Shown here one piece after another: positions 1 through 8,548 of a stretch of 20,000 nucleotides of DNA. Below the pieces are notes generated by a model, which was given only the letters and a program-made list of their open reading frames with translations, was not told where the DNA came from and searched no databases. This stretch comes from an uncultured virus (IMG/VR IMGVR_UViG_3300025154_000007) (Duplodnaviria; Heunggongvirae; Uroviricota; Caudoviricetes): the IMG/VR virus record IMGVR_UViG_3300025154_000007. The stretch is one strand, 5' to 3'. Both the position numbers and the translations under genes were made by a program. Every line of letters begins with the position of its first letter. The stretch's first letter is position 1.

Positions 1-177
1 ATGCAAAACCACATAATAATTATCCAATGTAGCGTCAAGCGGAAAAAGATTCGGCGGCATGATTATAAATTTCGTATTCTGGTACAAACTGCCGATGAAT
101 AAAAAATACATAGGGAATAAAACTATAGCCGCCAAAATGATTATAAGTATCTTACTGAATATAACACGTTGCTTCAT
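1..177 (-). CDS. Carbohydrate ABC transporter permease, MalG/UgpE-type (N-terminal part; runs off the window edge)
   Basis: Manual translation MKQRVIFSKILIIILAAIVLFPMYFLFIGSLYQNTKFIIMPPNLFPLDATLDNYYVVLH shows the typical 'LFP.Y.....SL ... PP..FP...TLDNY' N-terminus. ATG overlaps the TGA of the upstream permease (ATGA, 174-177). Confidence 0.85.
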   Translation of the reverse strand, partial: MKQRVIFSKILIIILAAIVLFPMYFLFIGSLYQNTKFIIMPPNLFPLDATLDNYYVVLH

Positions 178-1028
178 TTATTTATTCCAATTTCTATTTT
201 ATTTTTTAATAAAGTCATTCCTATGGTAATGAATAATAAAATGATCGCCCCCGCACTTGCCATCCCGTGTTTTGACAAAGTAAACGCCATATCATATATA
301 TTATATACAATCGTGGCAGTATATTCGTAAGGAGCCAAAAACTGTATTGTTTCAAAAATAGCCATTGCGTTTATCGCGGACATGAATCCGAGCATCATCA
401 ATATGGGGAATATCTGCGGAAGTATTATTTTTATTTTTATCTGGAACCATGAAGCTCCGTCAATTTGCGCTTGATCAAACATTGACGTTTCAATTGACAG
501 AATGGAAGCCAGAATCATTATCGCATTTGTTCCTAGGGATGCCATTATGACCACAAAAGAAATAGCCGGTATCCCGGTAATACCTTGTGCAAACCAGACA
601 ATTGATTTTATGCCACAAATATTCAGCAACCAATTCAACGGCCCATTCAAATGAAAAATCCATTTCCACATTGAAGCTATAAATACACCAGCCGAAATTA
701 TCGGAATATAAAAAGCGAACCGAACGAAATCATGCCATTTTTTTGAAAGATTGCAACTGAGCAATGCGAGAAAACCAGCCCCGCCAATCTGCCCGATGAC
801 CAATAAAATAATATAAAAAAGACTATTGAATATTGATTGAATAAATGCCTTATTTGAAAACAAGTTTATGTAGTTTTTCACCCCTACAAACTTGGAAGTT
901 ATAAAATTGGTTTTTTGCATGGATAAAATAAACAATTCATACAAAGGCCAAAATATAAATAATCCCGCCAACAATACGGCAGGAAGCAAAAAGATATATT
1001 TTATTTTATCTCCGGCATGTTTTATCAA
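174..1028 (-). CDS. Carbohydrate ABC transporter permease, MalF/UgpA-type
   Basis: 'FLLPAVLL...FIFWP', 'FVGVKNY..LF', 'FYIP.IS', 'W.WIF...GPLN' and an EAA-loop variant 'SMFDQAQIDGASWFQ...IILP'. About 6 hydrophobic segments. TTG start with GGAG RBS. Confidence 0.92.
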   Translation of the reverse strand: MIKHAGDKIKYIFLLPAVLLAGLFIFWPLYELFILSMQKTNFITSKFVGVKNYINLFSNKAFIQSIFNSLFYIILLVIGQIGGAGFLALLSCNLSKKWHDFVRFAFYIPIISAGVFIASMWKWIFHLNGPLNWLLNICGIKSIVWFAQGITGIPAISFVVIMASLGTNAIMILASILSIETSMFDQAQIDGASWFQIKIKIILPQIFPILMMLGFMSAINAMAIFETIQFLAPYEYTATIVYNIYDMAFTLSKHGMASAGAIILLFITIGMTLLKNKIEIGINK

Positions 1029-1289
1029 CTATTTTCTCCAATAGTGCATTATTTCATTTAAGGTCATTTTATCTTTTGAATAATGATATACCGGGATTCC
1101 GTCTTTTTTATCCAACTTATACAAATTGGATTTATAGTCGAATATATCCCATGATTCAAATAATTTTCTATAATTATTTCCATTGGCAATATAATTAAAT
1201 TTCCTTACTTTTTTATTCGCTAAATGTTTTCCATATTTGCCATAACCGCCGCTTTTAATTATCGGAACTTTTTTCATGCTTCTGCTCAT
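1029..1289 (-). CDS. Small basic phage-type hypothetical protein (86 aa, MSRSMKKVPII...)
   Basis: GGAGG RBS precedes ATG at 1289. The pattern 'MSRS.KK.PI...ANKKVR...YRKLFESWDIFDY' resembles a recurrent phage hypothetical family (from memory, not searched). Confidence 0.7.
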   Translation of the reverse strand: MSRSMKKVPIIKSGGYGKYGKHLANKKVRKFNYIANGNNYRKLFESWDIFDYKSNLYKLDKKDGIPVYHYSKDKMTLNEIMHYWRK

Positions 1290-1311
1290 AAGTTCCTCCA
1301 TTATAAAATAT

Positions 1312-1338
1312 GCCGGTTTAAGGTTCACCGGCAACCTT
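1312..1338 (-). other. Compact two-stem (H-type pseudoknot or alternative hairpin) element between the solute-binding gene and the next gene
   Basis: Minus strand reads AAGGTT-GCCGGT-G-AACCTT-AA-ACCGGC: two interleaved perfect 6-bp stems, followed by ATATTTT. Confidence 0.5.
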
Positions 1339-1345
1339 ATTCTAT

Positions 1346-2620
1346 TTACTCTTCCAGGGCTTCGTTCAGCGCCTTTTCATATTCAGCAATCGCGGCTTCC
1401 GGCGCAATAGCCAAATTCAAAACCTTTTGGAGGATCGGGAAATGAACCGGCCTTGTCGCGGAAAACTTCGCATTCGTCAAACCGACATCGAACAAGCCAT
1501 TATTTTTCATGATGCCCATGATTGCGTTCAGATTCTTGTCATCCATAAGCATCTTGACATCGGATCGATTCGGAATGACCGAAGCCAATGACATTTGACT
1601 TTGGATATAACCATCATTCATATATTCCACCAATCGGGCGGCGACTTTATCTTTCGCGGTTCCCGTCTTGTGAATTACAAACGCGGCATTCATCATATAT
1701 GTAGGCACATTCTTAACGGAAAAATCACGCGGGAACGGAACATACTTTACTTCAAACGGCTTCGCAATAAACTTTTGCTGAATGGCCGTATCCCAATATG
1801 GGCCCATCCATGCCGCGAAAAACGCTGTAGCCGCATAATTGCCCTTCGCCCATTCCGCCGCGTAATCATCGTCATTCAGCATCGCCGCGCCATCGGGAAT
1901 ATATTTATTTTTAGCAAGCGCCTGAAAAAATTCATACGCTTTGGCACCTCCGGTTTCCCTTATCGTAGTACGGGAATAATCGCCCGGCTTATAAAACTTT
2001 GCTCCGAATGAAGCAAACCAATTATTGATCAAATAATCACCAGACGTATTGGCGGCGAACATTCCAGTAGCAAACTTCTTTCCGCCATAATAATCCTTCA
2101 CTTTTTCAGCCATGACAATGAAATCGAAAATAGTCCAATTATCAGGAACGACATATCCGATTTCCTTCATCATATCCATATTGATACACATACCTTGCGG
2201 AGCGCCGGGAACAGGAAGCGCAAGAACTTTACCATTCCGCTTATACGGATCGAGTACGCCAGAATTATACTTTCCCAAGTCCCGGATATAAGTATCAAGC
2301 GGCAGGGCATATTCCGGCAGGATCAATTTGGATGACCGCACCAGAGTATCGTTATAAATATTCGGGGCCTGCCCGGAAGCCAAAAGCGCATCAAGGGAAA
2401 GCGTCGCCCCAGTCTTCAAATCAACCTGAAGCAATTCCACCTTGGCATCGGGAAAATCCTTCAAAAGCTTGGGAAGTGCGTAATCATAATAAAAAGACTT
2501 TCCTTTCATTTCACCGGAAAGCAAAATCATCTTTGTATCGGTAGTCAAGAAAGTAATATTCTGCGCAAAAGAAAAAACCGAAATAAAAGCCGCCATGAAA
2601 ATAAATAGATGTTTCTTCAT
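1346..2620 (-). CDS. Extracellular/periplasmic solute-binding protein, family 1 (sugar / sugar-phosphate ABC)
   Basis: Signal peptide MKKHLFIFMAAFISVFSFA|Q, plus 'LLASGQAPNI', 'ALPLDTYI', 'NGKVLALP', 'INMDMMKEIG..VPDNWT'. 424 aa, adjacent to permeases, GGAG RBS. Confidence 0.9.
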   Translation of the reverse strand: MKKHLFIFMAAFISVFSFAQNITFLTTDTKMILLSGEMKGKSFYYDYALPKLLKDFPDAKVELLQVDLKTGATLSLDALLASGQAPNIYNDTLVRSSKLILPEYALPLDTYIRDLGKYNSGVLDPYKRNGKVLALPVPGAPQGMCINMDMMKEIGYVVPDNWTIFDFIVMAEKVKDYYGGKKFATGMFAANTSGDYLINNWFASFGAKFYKPGDYSRTTIRETGGAKAYEFFQALAKNKYIPDGAAMLNDDDYAAEWAKGNYAATAFFAAWMGPYWDTAIQQKFIAKPFEVKYVPFPRDFSVKNVPTYMMNAAFVIHKTGTAKDKVAARLVEYMNDGYIQSQMSLASVIPNRSDVKMLMDDKNLNAIMGIMKNNGLFDVGLTNAKFSATRPVHFPILQKVLNLAIAPEAAIAEYEKALNEALEE

Positions 2621-2643
2621 TCTTTTCTCCTATAGAATTTTAT

Positions 2644-3330
2644 TTAAAAAGAAACCTTGACGGAAGCGCACCACGTATCATCGAACAAAACATAATTCAT
2701 TTCAAAAACAATCCCCGCAATAACCGAAGCCTTGACTCCGAAATCGGAAGTAAAATCTTCCGTCTGAAAATTATAAGCGGTATTGTAATAGGGCTTCAAA
2801 TATTTATCACCGCCGAACTTATAATCTACGCTTCCGGCAACGTCATACGTCGGAGAATCAATAAGCTCATCGGCGGTAAATGTTCCCGAAAGTCCGACCG
2901 GTCCGAATACACTTCCCGATGCGACATCAAAAGTTCCGACAAAATCCGCCGTTCCCTTCGCCGGATCATTGACGACATCCGTATACGATACCGCCGGAGT
3001 CAAAGTAAAAATATCCGAAAGATTCAAATCATAGGCGAGCTTCCCCTTCCAGGATTCATTTAGCTTACCCGTCACCGTAAAAGAATTGACGGTGTATGAC
3101 GCAGTAAAAGTCGGCCAACCCGAAGATACCACCCCGTTATCAACCGCAATTGATTGTTCCAGCCCGATAGAAACCGGCCCCTTGACCGGCATCGCGTAAT
3201 CGAACGAAGTTGAATTGCTGTAAACACCTTCATCCGTATACGCAAACTTTGAACTGCCGGACAAACCGACTTCCGCAAAAGCAAATCCCGCAATGAGCAC
3301 CAACGCAAAAATAATAAAAATTTTCTTCAT
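2644..3330 (-). CDS. Putative outer-membrane beta-barrel / porin-like protein
   Basis: Signal peptide ending AFA|E, amphipathic beta-strand pattern rich in G/S/T/Y/F, and C-terminal 'ASVKVSF' (terminal Phe, beta-signal-like). ATGA overlap with the upstream ORF. Confidence 0.7.
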   Translation of the reverse strand: MKKIFIIFALVLIAGFAFAEVGLSGSSKFAYTDEGVYSNSTSFDYAMPVKGPVSIGLEQSIAVDNGVVSSGWPTFTASYTVNSFTVTGKLNESWKGKLAYDLNLSDIFTLTPAVSYTDVVNDPAKGTADFVGTFDVASGSVFGPVGLSGTFTADELIDSPTYDVAGSVDYKFGGDKYLKPYYNTAYNFQTEDFTSDFGVKASVIAGIVFEMNYVLFDDTWCASVKVSF

Positions 3331-3509
3331 GTTTTTTCTCCCAAAGACAAATATTCAGGTTCGACCCAAACCACGATGCCACCCGGAATAGTTGCGCACA
3401 TTGCGGTTCCCAACAATACATTGAAAATAATAAATACCAAATCTTCACCCGTCCGATTGTCAACTACCTTCGTTTCCGCCTTTACCTCCTGAATCTGTTC
3501 TGCTGTCAT
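3327..3509 (-). CDS. Hypothetical protein (60 aa, MTAEQIQEV...)
   Basis: ATGA overlaps at both ends; AGGAGG upstream of ATG 3509. Confidence 0.6.
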   Translation of the reverse strand: MTAEQIQEVKAETKVVDNRTGEDLVFIIFNVLLGTAMCATIPGGIVVWVEPEYLSLGEKT

Positions 3510-3706
3510 TTCTGATTTTCCTCCTTTTCTTCCGCCAATTCCAATTGATCGCAATTAAGCCATAATATATTTCCATTAAGGTATTTACATTTTACACCAC
3601 GATGGGAAAAATCATAGTCATATTTTATAAATATAAATATTTCACCGGTTTTAATATATCGTAATTTGGTTCCCGGTTCCATATCTTCAAACTGTTCTAC
3701 AATCAA
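3506..3706 (-). CDS. Hypothetical protein (66 aa)
   Basis: TTG start overlapping the upstream stop; AGGA RBS; part of a coupled small-ORF run. Confidence 0.6.
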   Translation of the reverse strand: MIVEQFEDMEPGTKLRYIKTGEIFIFIKYDYDFSHRGVKCKYLNGNILWLNCDQLELAEEKEENQK

Positions 3707-3972
3707 ATACTATTCCTTTTATCAAAAAATCTATTTCTTATATAATTAACGGGCCGCCAAAACACATTTCCTACAATTCTAAGCCGCAACGTAAAAAAGA
3801 AATACTTAATCGGATGCTTTTTATTTTCAAGTTGTATTGTTTTGAACCAAAGCGTATCTTCAATATTAACATATTCTTCGACCTTCTTAATTCCTTCTTT
3901 TTCACATTCTTCTAATACTCCATCTTCTTTCAAAAAATCATCAAAAGAACTGCCAATATTTTCTTTTCCCAT
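3703..3972 (-). CDS. Hypothetical protein with N-terminal 'NIGSSFDDFLKEDG' motif
   Basis: AGGAG RBS. The N-terminal motif resembles that of some small XRE/antitoxin-like proteins, but no HTH is evident. Confidence 0.65.
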   Translation of the reverse strand: MGKENIGSSFDDFLKEDGVLEECEKEGIKKVEEYVNIEDTLWFKTIQLENKKHPIKYFFFTLRLRIVGNVFWRPVNYIRNRFFDKRNSI

Positions 3973-3976
3973 TTAA

Positions 3977-4189
3977 TTACTCCTTTTTCAAATTATCTTT
4001 GTTCAAAAACAACACGGGAATATTTATCATTTTAATCATATTATCAATAACGGTTTTATCATTCGCATTTTTATATAATTCGGACATGGCATTGAACATT
4101 TCCGTAAGTTCCTTATACGGCGGATTTATAATTTCATATTTTTGATCAGGAGAAAACACCATTCCACTACCCATAATAGTTTTCTTCAT
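3977..4189 (-). CDS. Hypothetical protein (70 aa)
   Basis: ORF track; AGGAG RBS; abuts neighbours. Confidence 0.65.
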   Translation of the reverse strand: MKKTIMGSGMVFSPDQKYEIINPPYKELTEMFNAMSELYKNANDKTVIDNMIKMINIPVLFLNKDNLKKE

Positions 4190-4825
4190 CTAATTGCTCC
4201 TTTCAATGACTTTAGATACTCCGGTTTTATTGTCCTTGCTAACTTCAAATATTTTATCGGCAATATTGCAGACATCGGCACTGTAAACCGAATTACTGTT
4301 TATTATAAATTGCAAGCCTAATTCCTTTGACAACTTCCTTATTATTTCAAATCCTTTTACATTCAATTCACGCGGCTGAAGGAACTTAAATGGCTCATCC
4401 AATATAATCACATTATCGGATTTTCCCAAACTCCAAGCCGCAATCCGCAAAGCAAACGAAGTCAAATCGACCAAGCCACCGCCGCATTGATTCATGGGGT
4501 CATCCAATTCTATTCCATTCTGCCGCAATACCAATTCCGCTTCCGTCTTTCCGCGCTTTATTTCAAAGTTTACATCGAAAACATATTCATCCGGGAAACA
4601 AGTATCTAAACATAAATTAACCAAATCGGATATTTGGTATTTTATTTGCTCTTGCGTATCCTTGGCTACCTGCTGGATAAATGCCTGCGCCTTTTCCAAT
4701 ACGATAATATTATTATTCGTACTAAATAGATTATTTTCATAATCTTGTAGCTTCGATGCCAAAAGCTCTCTTTTACCTTTCATTTTATTTATCTTTTCGG
4801 AATAAATATTTGATTGGAAATTCAT
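4190..4825 (-). CDS. sbcC: SbcC/Rad50-like ATPase, C-terminal half (coiled coil, ABC signature, Walker B)
   Basis: N-terminal coiled coil, signature-like 'NQCGGG' followed by 'SFALRIA', and Walker B/D-loop 'IILDEPF'. No Walker A. Start reassigned to ATG 4825 (AAGGA RBS). Confidence 0.85.
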   Translation of the reverse strand: MNFQSNIYSEKINKMKGKRELLASKLQDYENNLFSTNNNIIVLEKAQAFIQQVAKDTQEQIKYQISDLVNLCLDTCFPDEYVFDVNFEIKRGKTEAELVLRQNGIELDDPMNQCGGGLVDLTSFALRIAAWSLGKSDNVIILDEPFKFLQPRELNVKGFEIIRKLSKELGLQFIINSNSVYSADVCNIADKIFEVSKDNKTGVSKVIERSN

Positions 4826-4992
4826 TATATGTCCTTTATAGCGTCTAAAACACAATCAATCTGTAAAAAACTATCAAGCACAGATTTTATATAATTTTCA
4901 TCTTGAAAACTATTATAAATAGTCATTAAAGCATTGCCATACCATTTAACGCCCTTAATATAATAAGAAAAAGCTACACTAATTCTTTTCAT
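4825..4992 (-). CDS. Hypothetical protein (55 aa, MKRISVAFSYY...)
   Basis: Manual translation; fills the gap exactly, with a TAATG overlap to the downstream gene. Confidence 0.55.
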   Translation of the reverse strand: MKRISVAFSYYIKGVKWYGNALMTIYNSFQDENYIKSVLDSFLQIDCVLDAIKDI

Positions 4993-5205
4993 TTATTCAT
5001 CTTCTACATAAATATAATAATAAAGACCAGTACTAGAAATATTTTTAGCATTTGGAAATTGTTTCTTTATTCCTTCCAAGCCTATACCAGCTTTAACAAT
5101 ATAAATTTTCCCTGCACCCTCATCGGAATAAAGTCTACGCATACCGACAATCTGACAACTAGAAAATAACATAGCCACTAAAACAATAAAAATAAACCCT
5201 TTCAT
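4993..5205 (-). CDS. Putative small lipoprotein
   Basis: MKGFIFIVLVAMLFSS-C: hydrophobic signal with lipobox Cys; GGAGG RBS; ATGA overlap. Confidence 0.65.
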   Translation of the reverse strand: MKGFIFIVLVAMLFSSCQIVGMRRLYSDEGAGKIYIVKAGIGLEGIKKQFPNAKNISSTGLYYYIYVEDE

Positions 5206-5441
5206 ATTTCCTCCCAATCGCATAGAGCTTGTAATTTAGAAACTAGCTTTTCTTTTTTCTGGTTACATTTTTGCAAACTATCCCTATATTCTTTCATCTT
5301 TTCATCTATCCCATCTATATCTATTTCATAATCTTTTTTTACTTGTTCTTCAATTTTAGCCTTGGCGCCTTCCGCCCTGGCCTTATTTGTTTTAGCAGCT
5401 TCGATCTTTTCGCGTAATGCGGTAAATTCTTTAACTGTCAT
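5202..5441 (-). CDS. Small coiled-coil protein (79 aa)
   Basis: Heptad-rich K/E/A sequence; ATGA overlaps; lies within the SbcCD cluster. Confidence 0.7.
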   Translation of the reverse strand: MTVKEFTALREKIEAAKTNKARAEGAKAKIEEQVKKDYEIDIDGIDEKMKEYRDSLQKCNQKKEKLVSKLQALCDWEEI

Positions 5442-5839
5442 TTGTTTTCCGCCAAATACGACTCAACTTCCGGCATATATTGTTCCCAATCTTCTTTTTC
5501 AATTCTCCCGTTAATACCATCATACGTAATCACTTTATCTCGAATATTAGCTTTATTTATAGTTTTTTTATCCGTGTACTCGTCATTTAAATGACTAAAA
5601 TCAAAAATGTAATCGCCGATACTGTAACAACCAAATAAAACTAAACCTAATATTCCGTATAAAAAAGGAAGTATTAATATAAAATTGAATATATATCTAC
5701 CAACTAATGGAAGATCGCTGCATAAAAAAGGCGTGTTTATTGTAAATAAATGAGTAATAATAAAGTGCAAACTTATACCCGTTAATACTAATAATACATT
5801 ACCCATACGCAATAATATACCTTTAATACGCAACCGCAT
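5438..5839 (-). CDS. Hypothetical membrane protein (2 predicted TM segments)
   Basis: Two hydrophobic stretches; AGGAG RBS. Confidence 0.65.
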   Translation of the reverse strand: MRLRIKGILLRMGNVLLVLTGISLHFIITHLFTINTPFLCSDLPLVGRYIFNFILILPFLYGILGLVLFGCYSIGDYIFDFSHLNDEYTDKKTINKANIRDKVITYDGINGRIEKEDWEQYMPEVESYLAENK

Positions 5840-5841
5840 AA

Positions 5842-6726
5842 TTATTCTCCTTCTACCAAAGATCGAATCATTTTGATAGTATCTTCATCCAAGGTTTTCT
5901 TGTTTTTCTTTATCGCACGTTCAATGTTATCAATAATGGATAAGCTAATATTTGTACTTTTCTTGATTCCTTCCACAAATGCAGTTATTCTATTATCCCT
6001 TTCCTCTTCTTTTTTTAAATATGCGTCATCAATCATTTCTATATTATCATCCAAATATATTCTTTCTACTATTTCTTTTTCGGTATCGACATAAAAAACA
6101 GAAGGCTTATATTCTTTTTCATCGGAACTTTGGCGAATAGTACATCCACCATTAATTACATGACGGCCGTCTTTTTCGTAATGGAAGCACTTGTGATTAT
6201 CACCTGTAAAAATGTATTTATAATCAGGGTACTTTTCTAATAATTGACTAGCCGTTATTCCGTCGCAATTAGGCGGAATACCTTTCAAGGCCTTAAACAC
6301 TAATTGATGAATAAATAAAACGTCATCTAATGGCCCGCTTACTTCGGTATTAAAATCTACCCATGCGCCAAATTCAGACATCCCATGAACTATTTTATTA
6401 TGCTTTTTCGATAAACTAAAAAATACTCCGATAGAACTATTATTTACATTTTCCATAGAATGGAATTGCAAATCGTGGTTACCGGCTAAAATATGAACCT
6501 TCTTATTTATATTTGAAAATTCCTCTATCAGCATTATCATCAAATATTCCGGTACGGTTCCTTTATTGAATAAATCACCAACTATACATAAAGGAACATT
6601 ATATTTATTGGCGATGGAAACTATATTCCTGATCATCAATCTTTGCGTTTCATCCCAATCATTATCCGTTCGACAGCGAGGCAAATCGGGCCGGATATGC
6701 AGATCGGAGCAGCTAATTATTTTCAA
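5842..6726 (-). CDS. sbcD: SbcD/Mre11-like metallophosphoesterase nuclease
   Basis: All five calcineurin-like motifs: SDLH, GDLF, GNHD, FIHQ, GDNH. Flanked by the SbcC halves. Confidence 0.9.
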   Translation of the reverse strand: MKIISCSDLHIRPDLPRCRTDNDWDETQRLMIRNIVSIANKYNVPLCIVGDLFNKGTVPEYLMIMLIEEFSNINKKVHILAGNHDLQFHSMENVNNSSIGVFFSLSKKHNKIVHGMSEFGAWVDFNTEVSGPLDDVLFIHQLVFKALKGIPPNCDGITASQLLEKYPDYKYIFTGDNHKCFHYEKDGRHVINGGCTIRQSSDEKEYKPSVFYVDTEKEIVERIYLDDNIEMIDDAYLKKEEERDNRITAFVEGIKKSTNISLSIIDNIERAIKKNKKTLDEDTIKMIRSLVEGE

Positions 6727-7232
6727 TTATGTATCCTTATTCCCATTTCGTGCCTAGATTCAAAAATATCGGCTATTTTTTCTGTTTCCATCAACATTTC
6801 AGCAGTAATACTTTCGACAATGTTATTTAAATTACTATAAAAAAAATTTAGATACACCTCATTACCAATCGAATAATATTTTTGATTCCTACTTGAAAAT
6901 ATACTATCATCATGTCTTAATTCAGCAATATATTTTTTATTTTTATTATAAATATATTTTTTAATGCCATGTAAATATTGCGGATAATTATATAATTTTA
7001 TATCCAACTTTTCAGTGTAATATATATTATTGTACGTTACTAACAACATATATTTATTATTTTTAAATGATTTTTCCTCAACTGACCACCCAAATTTGTA
7101 CCATAAATCATGAAACAATATAAATACATTTTTTATCTTATCCTCTTCTTCTTTTTCAGATAAAGAAATTCGTTTTAATGCTATATCAATACTATTTAAC
7201 ATTATAGCCGTATCACCATTATTTGTAATCAT
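6723..7232 (-). CDS. Hypothetical protein (169 aa, AT-rich)
   Basis: ORF with overlapping start/stop at both ends. Confidence 0.65.
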   Translation of the reverse strand: MITNNGDTAIMLNSIDIALKRISLSEKEEEDKIKNVFILFHDLWYKFGWSVEEKSFKNNKYMLLVTYNNIYYTEKLDIKLYNYPQYLHGIKKYIYNKNKKYIAELRHDDSIFSSRNQKYYSIGNEVYLNFFYSNLNNIVESITAEMLMETEKIADIFESRHEMGIRIHN

Positions 7233-8149
7233 AGTTTACCACCACAAATTGGACAAGTATCTGGCATTTGTTTTTCCAGCTTTTCTATCAATGCGCTATT
7301 CTCTTTTATCTTTTGTACCTCGGCATTATAATTTTCCAGGCAATCATTCAAGTTTTCTATATTATCCAATAATTCTTTTTCTTCTTTTTTTATTTCATCC
7401 AATTGTTCTATTGTTTCTTCAATATTTTTAAATGGTATTTTTAAATGATTTTGTATTATTTTTACATATTTTTTATAATCGACATTCAATGTTTCCAGCC
7501 CGTCAATTTTATCTTCGATGGATTCCGCCAATATTTCAACTTCATTTAATTGATTGTTCAGCCTTTCAGCTTCATCCAGAATAACAAATGTTTCCAGTTC
7601 CTTTTCTATGGAAATTATTTCGGCCTCATATTGTTTTATGTCCTGATTATATTTTCTTCTTTTGCTTTCGGCGTTGTTTAATATTTTGTCGATAAGATCC
7701 AGGCGGATTTCTTTGTTCAGGAATCTGGCAACCTCGGAAGCCGATTCAGATAAAAGAAAAGGCGCATCCATTTGACGCTGGATATTCACTTCGCCGATAT
7801 TCAATATTTTTTCTACTTGTTCGGGAACATCCATCCCGATAGCTTCCAAAGTAATATCGTCATTTATTTTATAGCCGTTAAGATCAGGATTGCGTATTCT
7901 TTTAATCGAATTATTTTCGTTGGTAATTTGTGCGGAAGTGGATTTAAGCGGATTACCTTTCTTGTCCCGATTCCAGTAAGAAATAAATGACAGGCCGGAA
8001 GGACGGTTATAAATAGCCCAGAACAATCCACGAAGGATCGCCGTCTTGCCGGAATTGGAATGGCCGATTATTGCATTGACGTTGGGAGAAAAGTTCAGGG
8101 TACTTTTTTTATGGCTTTGGAAATTACGAAGAATTAGACTTGAAATCAT
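7229..8149 (-). CDS. sbcC: SbcC/Rad50-like ATPase, N-terminal half (Walker A, coiled coil, zinc hook)
   Basis: 'MISSLILRNFQSH', Walker A 'GHSNSGKT', Q-loop 'NIQRQ', long coiled coil, ending 'CPICGGKL*'. Confidence 0.9.
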   Translation of the reverse strand: MISSLILRNFQSHKKSTLNFSPNVNAIIGHSNSGKTAILRGLFWAIYNRPSGLSFISYWNRDKKGNPLKSTSAQITNENNSIKRIRNPDLNGYKINDDITLEAIGMDVPEQVEKILNIGEVNIQRQMDAPFLLSESASEVARFLNKEIRLDLIDKILNNAESKRRKYNQDIKQYEAEIISIEKELETFVILDEAERLNNQLNEVEILAESIEDKIDGLETLNVDYKKYVKIIQNHLKIPFKNIEETIEQLDEIKKEEKELLDNIENLNDCLENYNAEVQKIKENSALIEKLEKQMPDTCPICGGKL

Positions 8150-8376
8150 TTAATATCCTCTAATTCTATATCTTTAGAGGTTACTATTTCAAATTCAAAA
8201 ATACGTCGGACAATTTGGTCTATAGTAACTTTTTTTTGTCTTATCTCGCCGGTTTCCTGATTTACTAAATTAATAGTCACAGTATCCATGCCATGAATAG
8301 TTATAATACAATTACCATAAGCTATTTCTAATATAGATATCCAAGGTTTCGCAATTCGTTTCTTTTGTTTCGCCAT
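8146..8376 (-). CDS. Hypothetical protein (76 aa)
   Basis: AAGGAG RBS; ATGA overlap with sbcC-N. Confidence 0.7.
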   Translation of the reverse strand: MAKQKKRIAKPWISILEIAYGNCIITIHGMDTVTINLVNQETGEIRQKKVTIDQIVRRIFEFEIVTSKDIELEDIK

Positions 8377-8416
8377 CTTTTATTCTCCTTCGGTTTACCG
8401 ATCGGACGTCATCTAT

Positions 8417-8425
8417 ATTATAGCA
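8417..8425 (-). promoter_or_regulatory. Extended -10 promoter (TGcTATAAT) for the SbcCD/ABC transcription unit
   Basis: Minus strand TGCTATAATATAG lies about 40 nt upstream of ATG 8376. Confidence 0.55.
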
Positions 8426-8445
8426 TATCGACGAAGAAAATAAAA

Positions 8446-8542
8446 GCGGGCCGAAAAGGCAGGTACGGTATCCAGTCGGCAATCGAGCAATTACCGGCTT
8501 TCCCATGTTCCTTTTGCTTTCCTTACCTTTTCTCCAGTCCGC
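8446..8542 (-). ncRNA. Candidate structured small RNA (about 97 nt)
   Basis: 5' GCGGACUG..GAAAAGGUA pairs with 3' UGCCUUUUC-GGCCCGC; internal hairpin CGGUAAU/AUUGCCG. Starts 6-7 nt after a TATAAT box and ends at UUUUAUUUU. Confidence 0.55.
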
Positions 8543-8548
8543 AATAAT

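Noticed and set aside
3350..3410. tRNA-like GGTTCGA motif
   Set aside because: No cloverleaf can be built, and it is antisense within a coupled ORF.
1224..8547. Plus-strand ORFs in the left arm (e.g. 1595-2011, 4494-4742, 5873-6094)
   Set aside because: They are antisense to well-supported genes, with no RBS or motifs.
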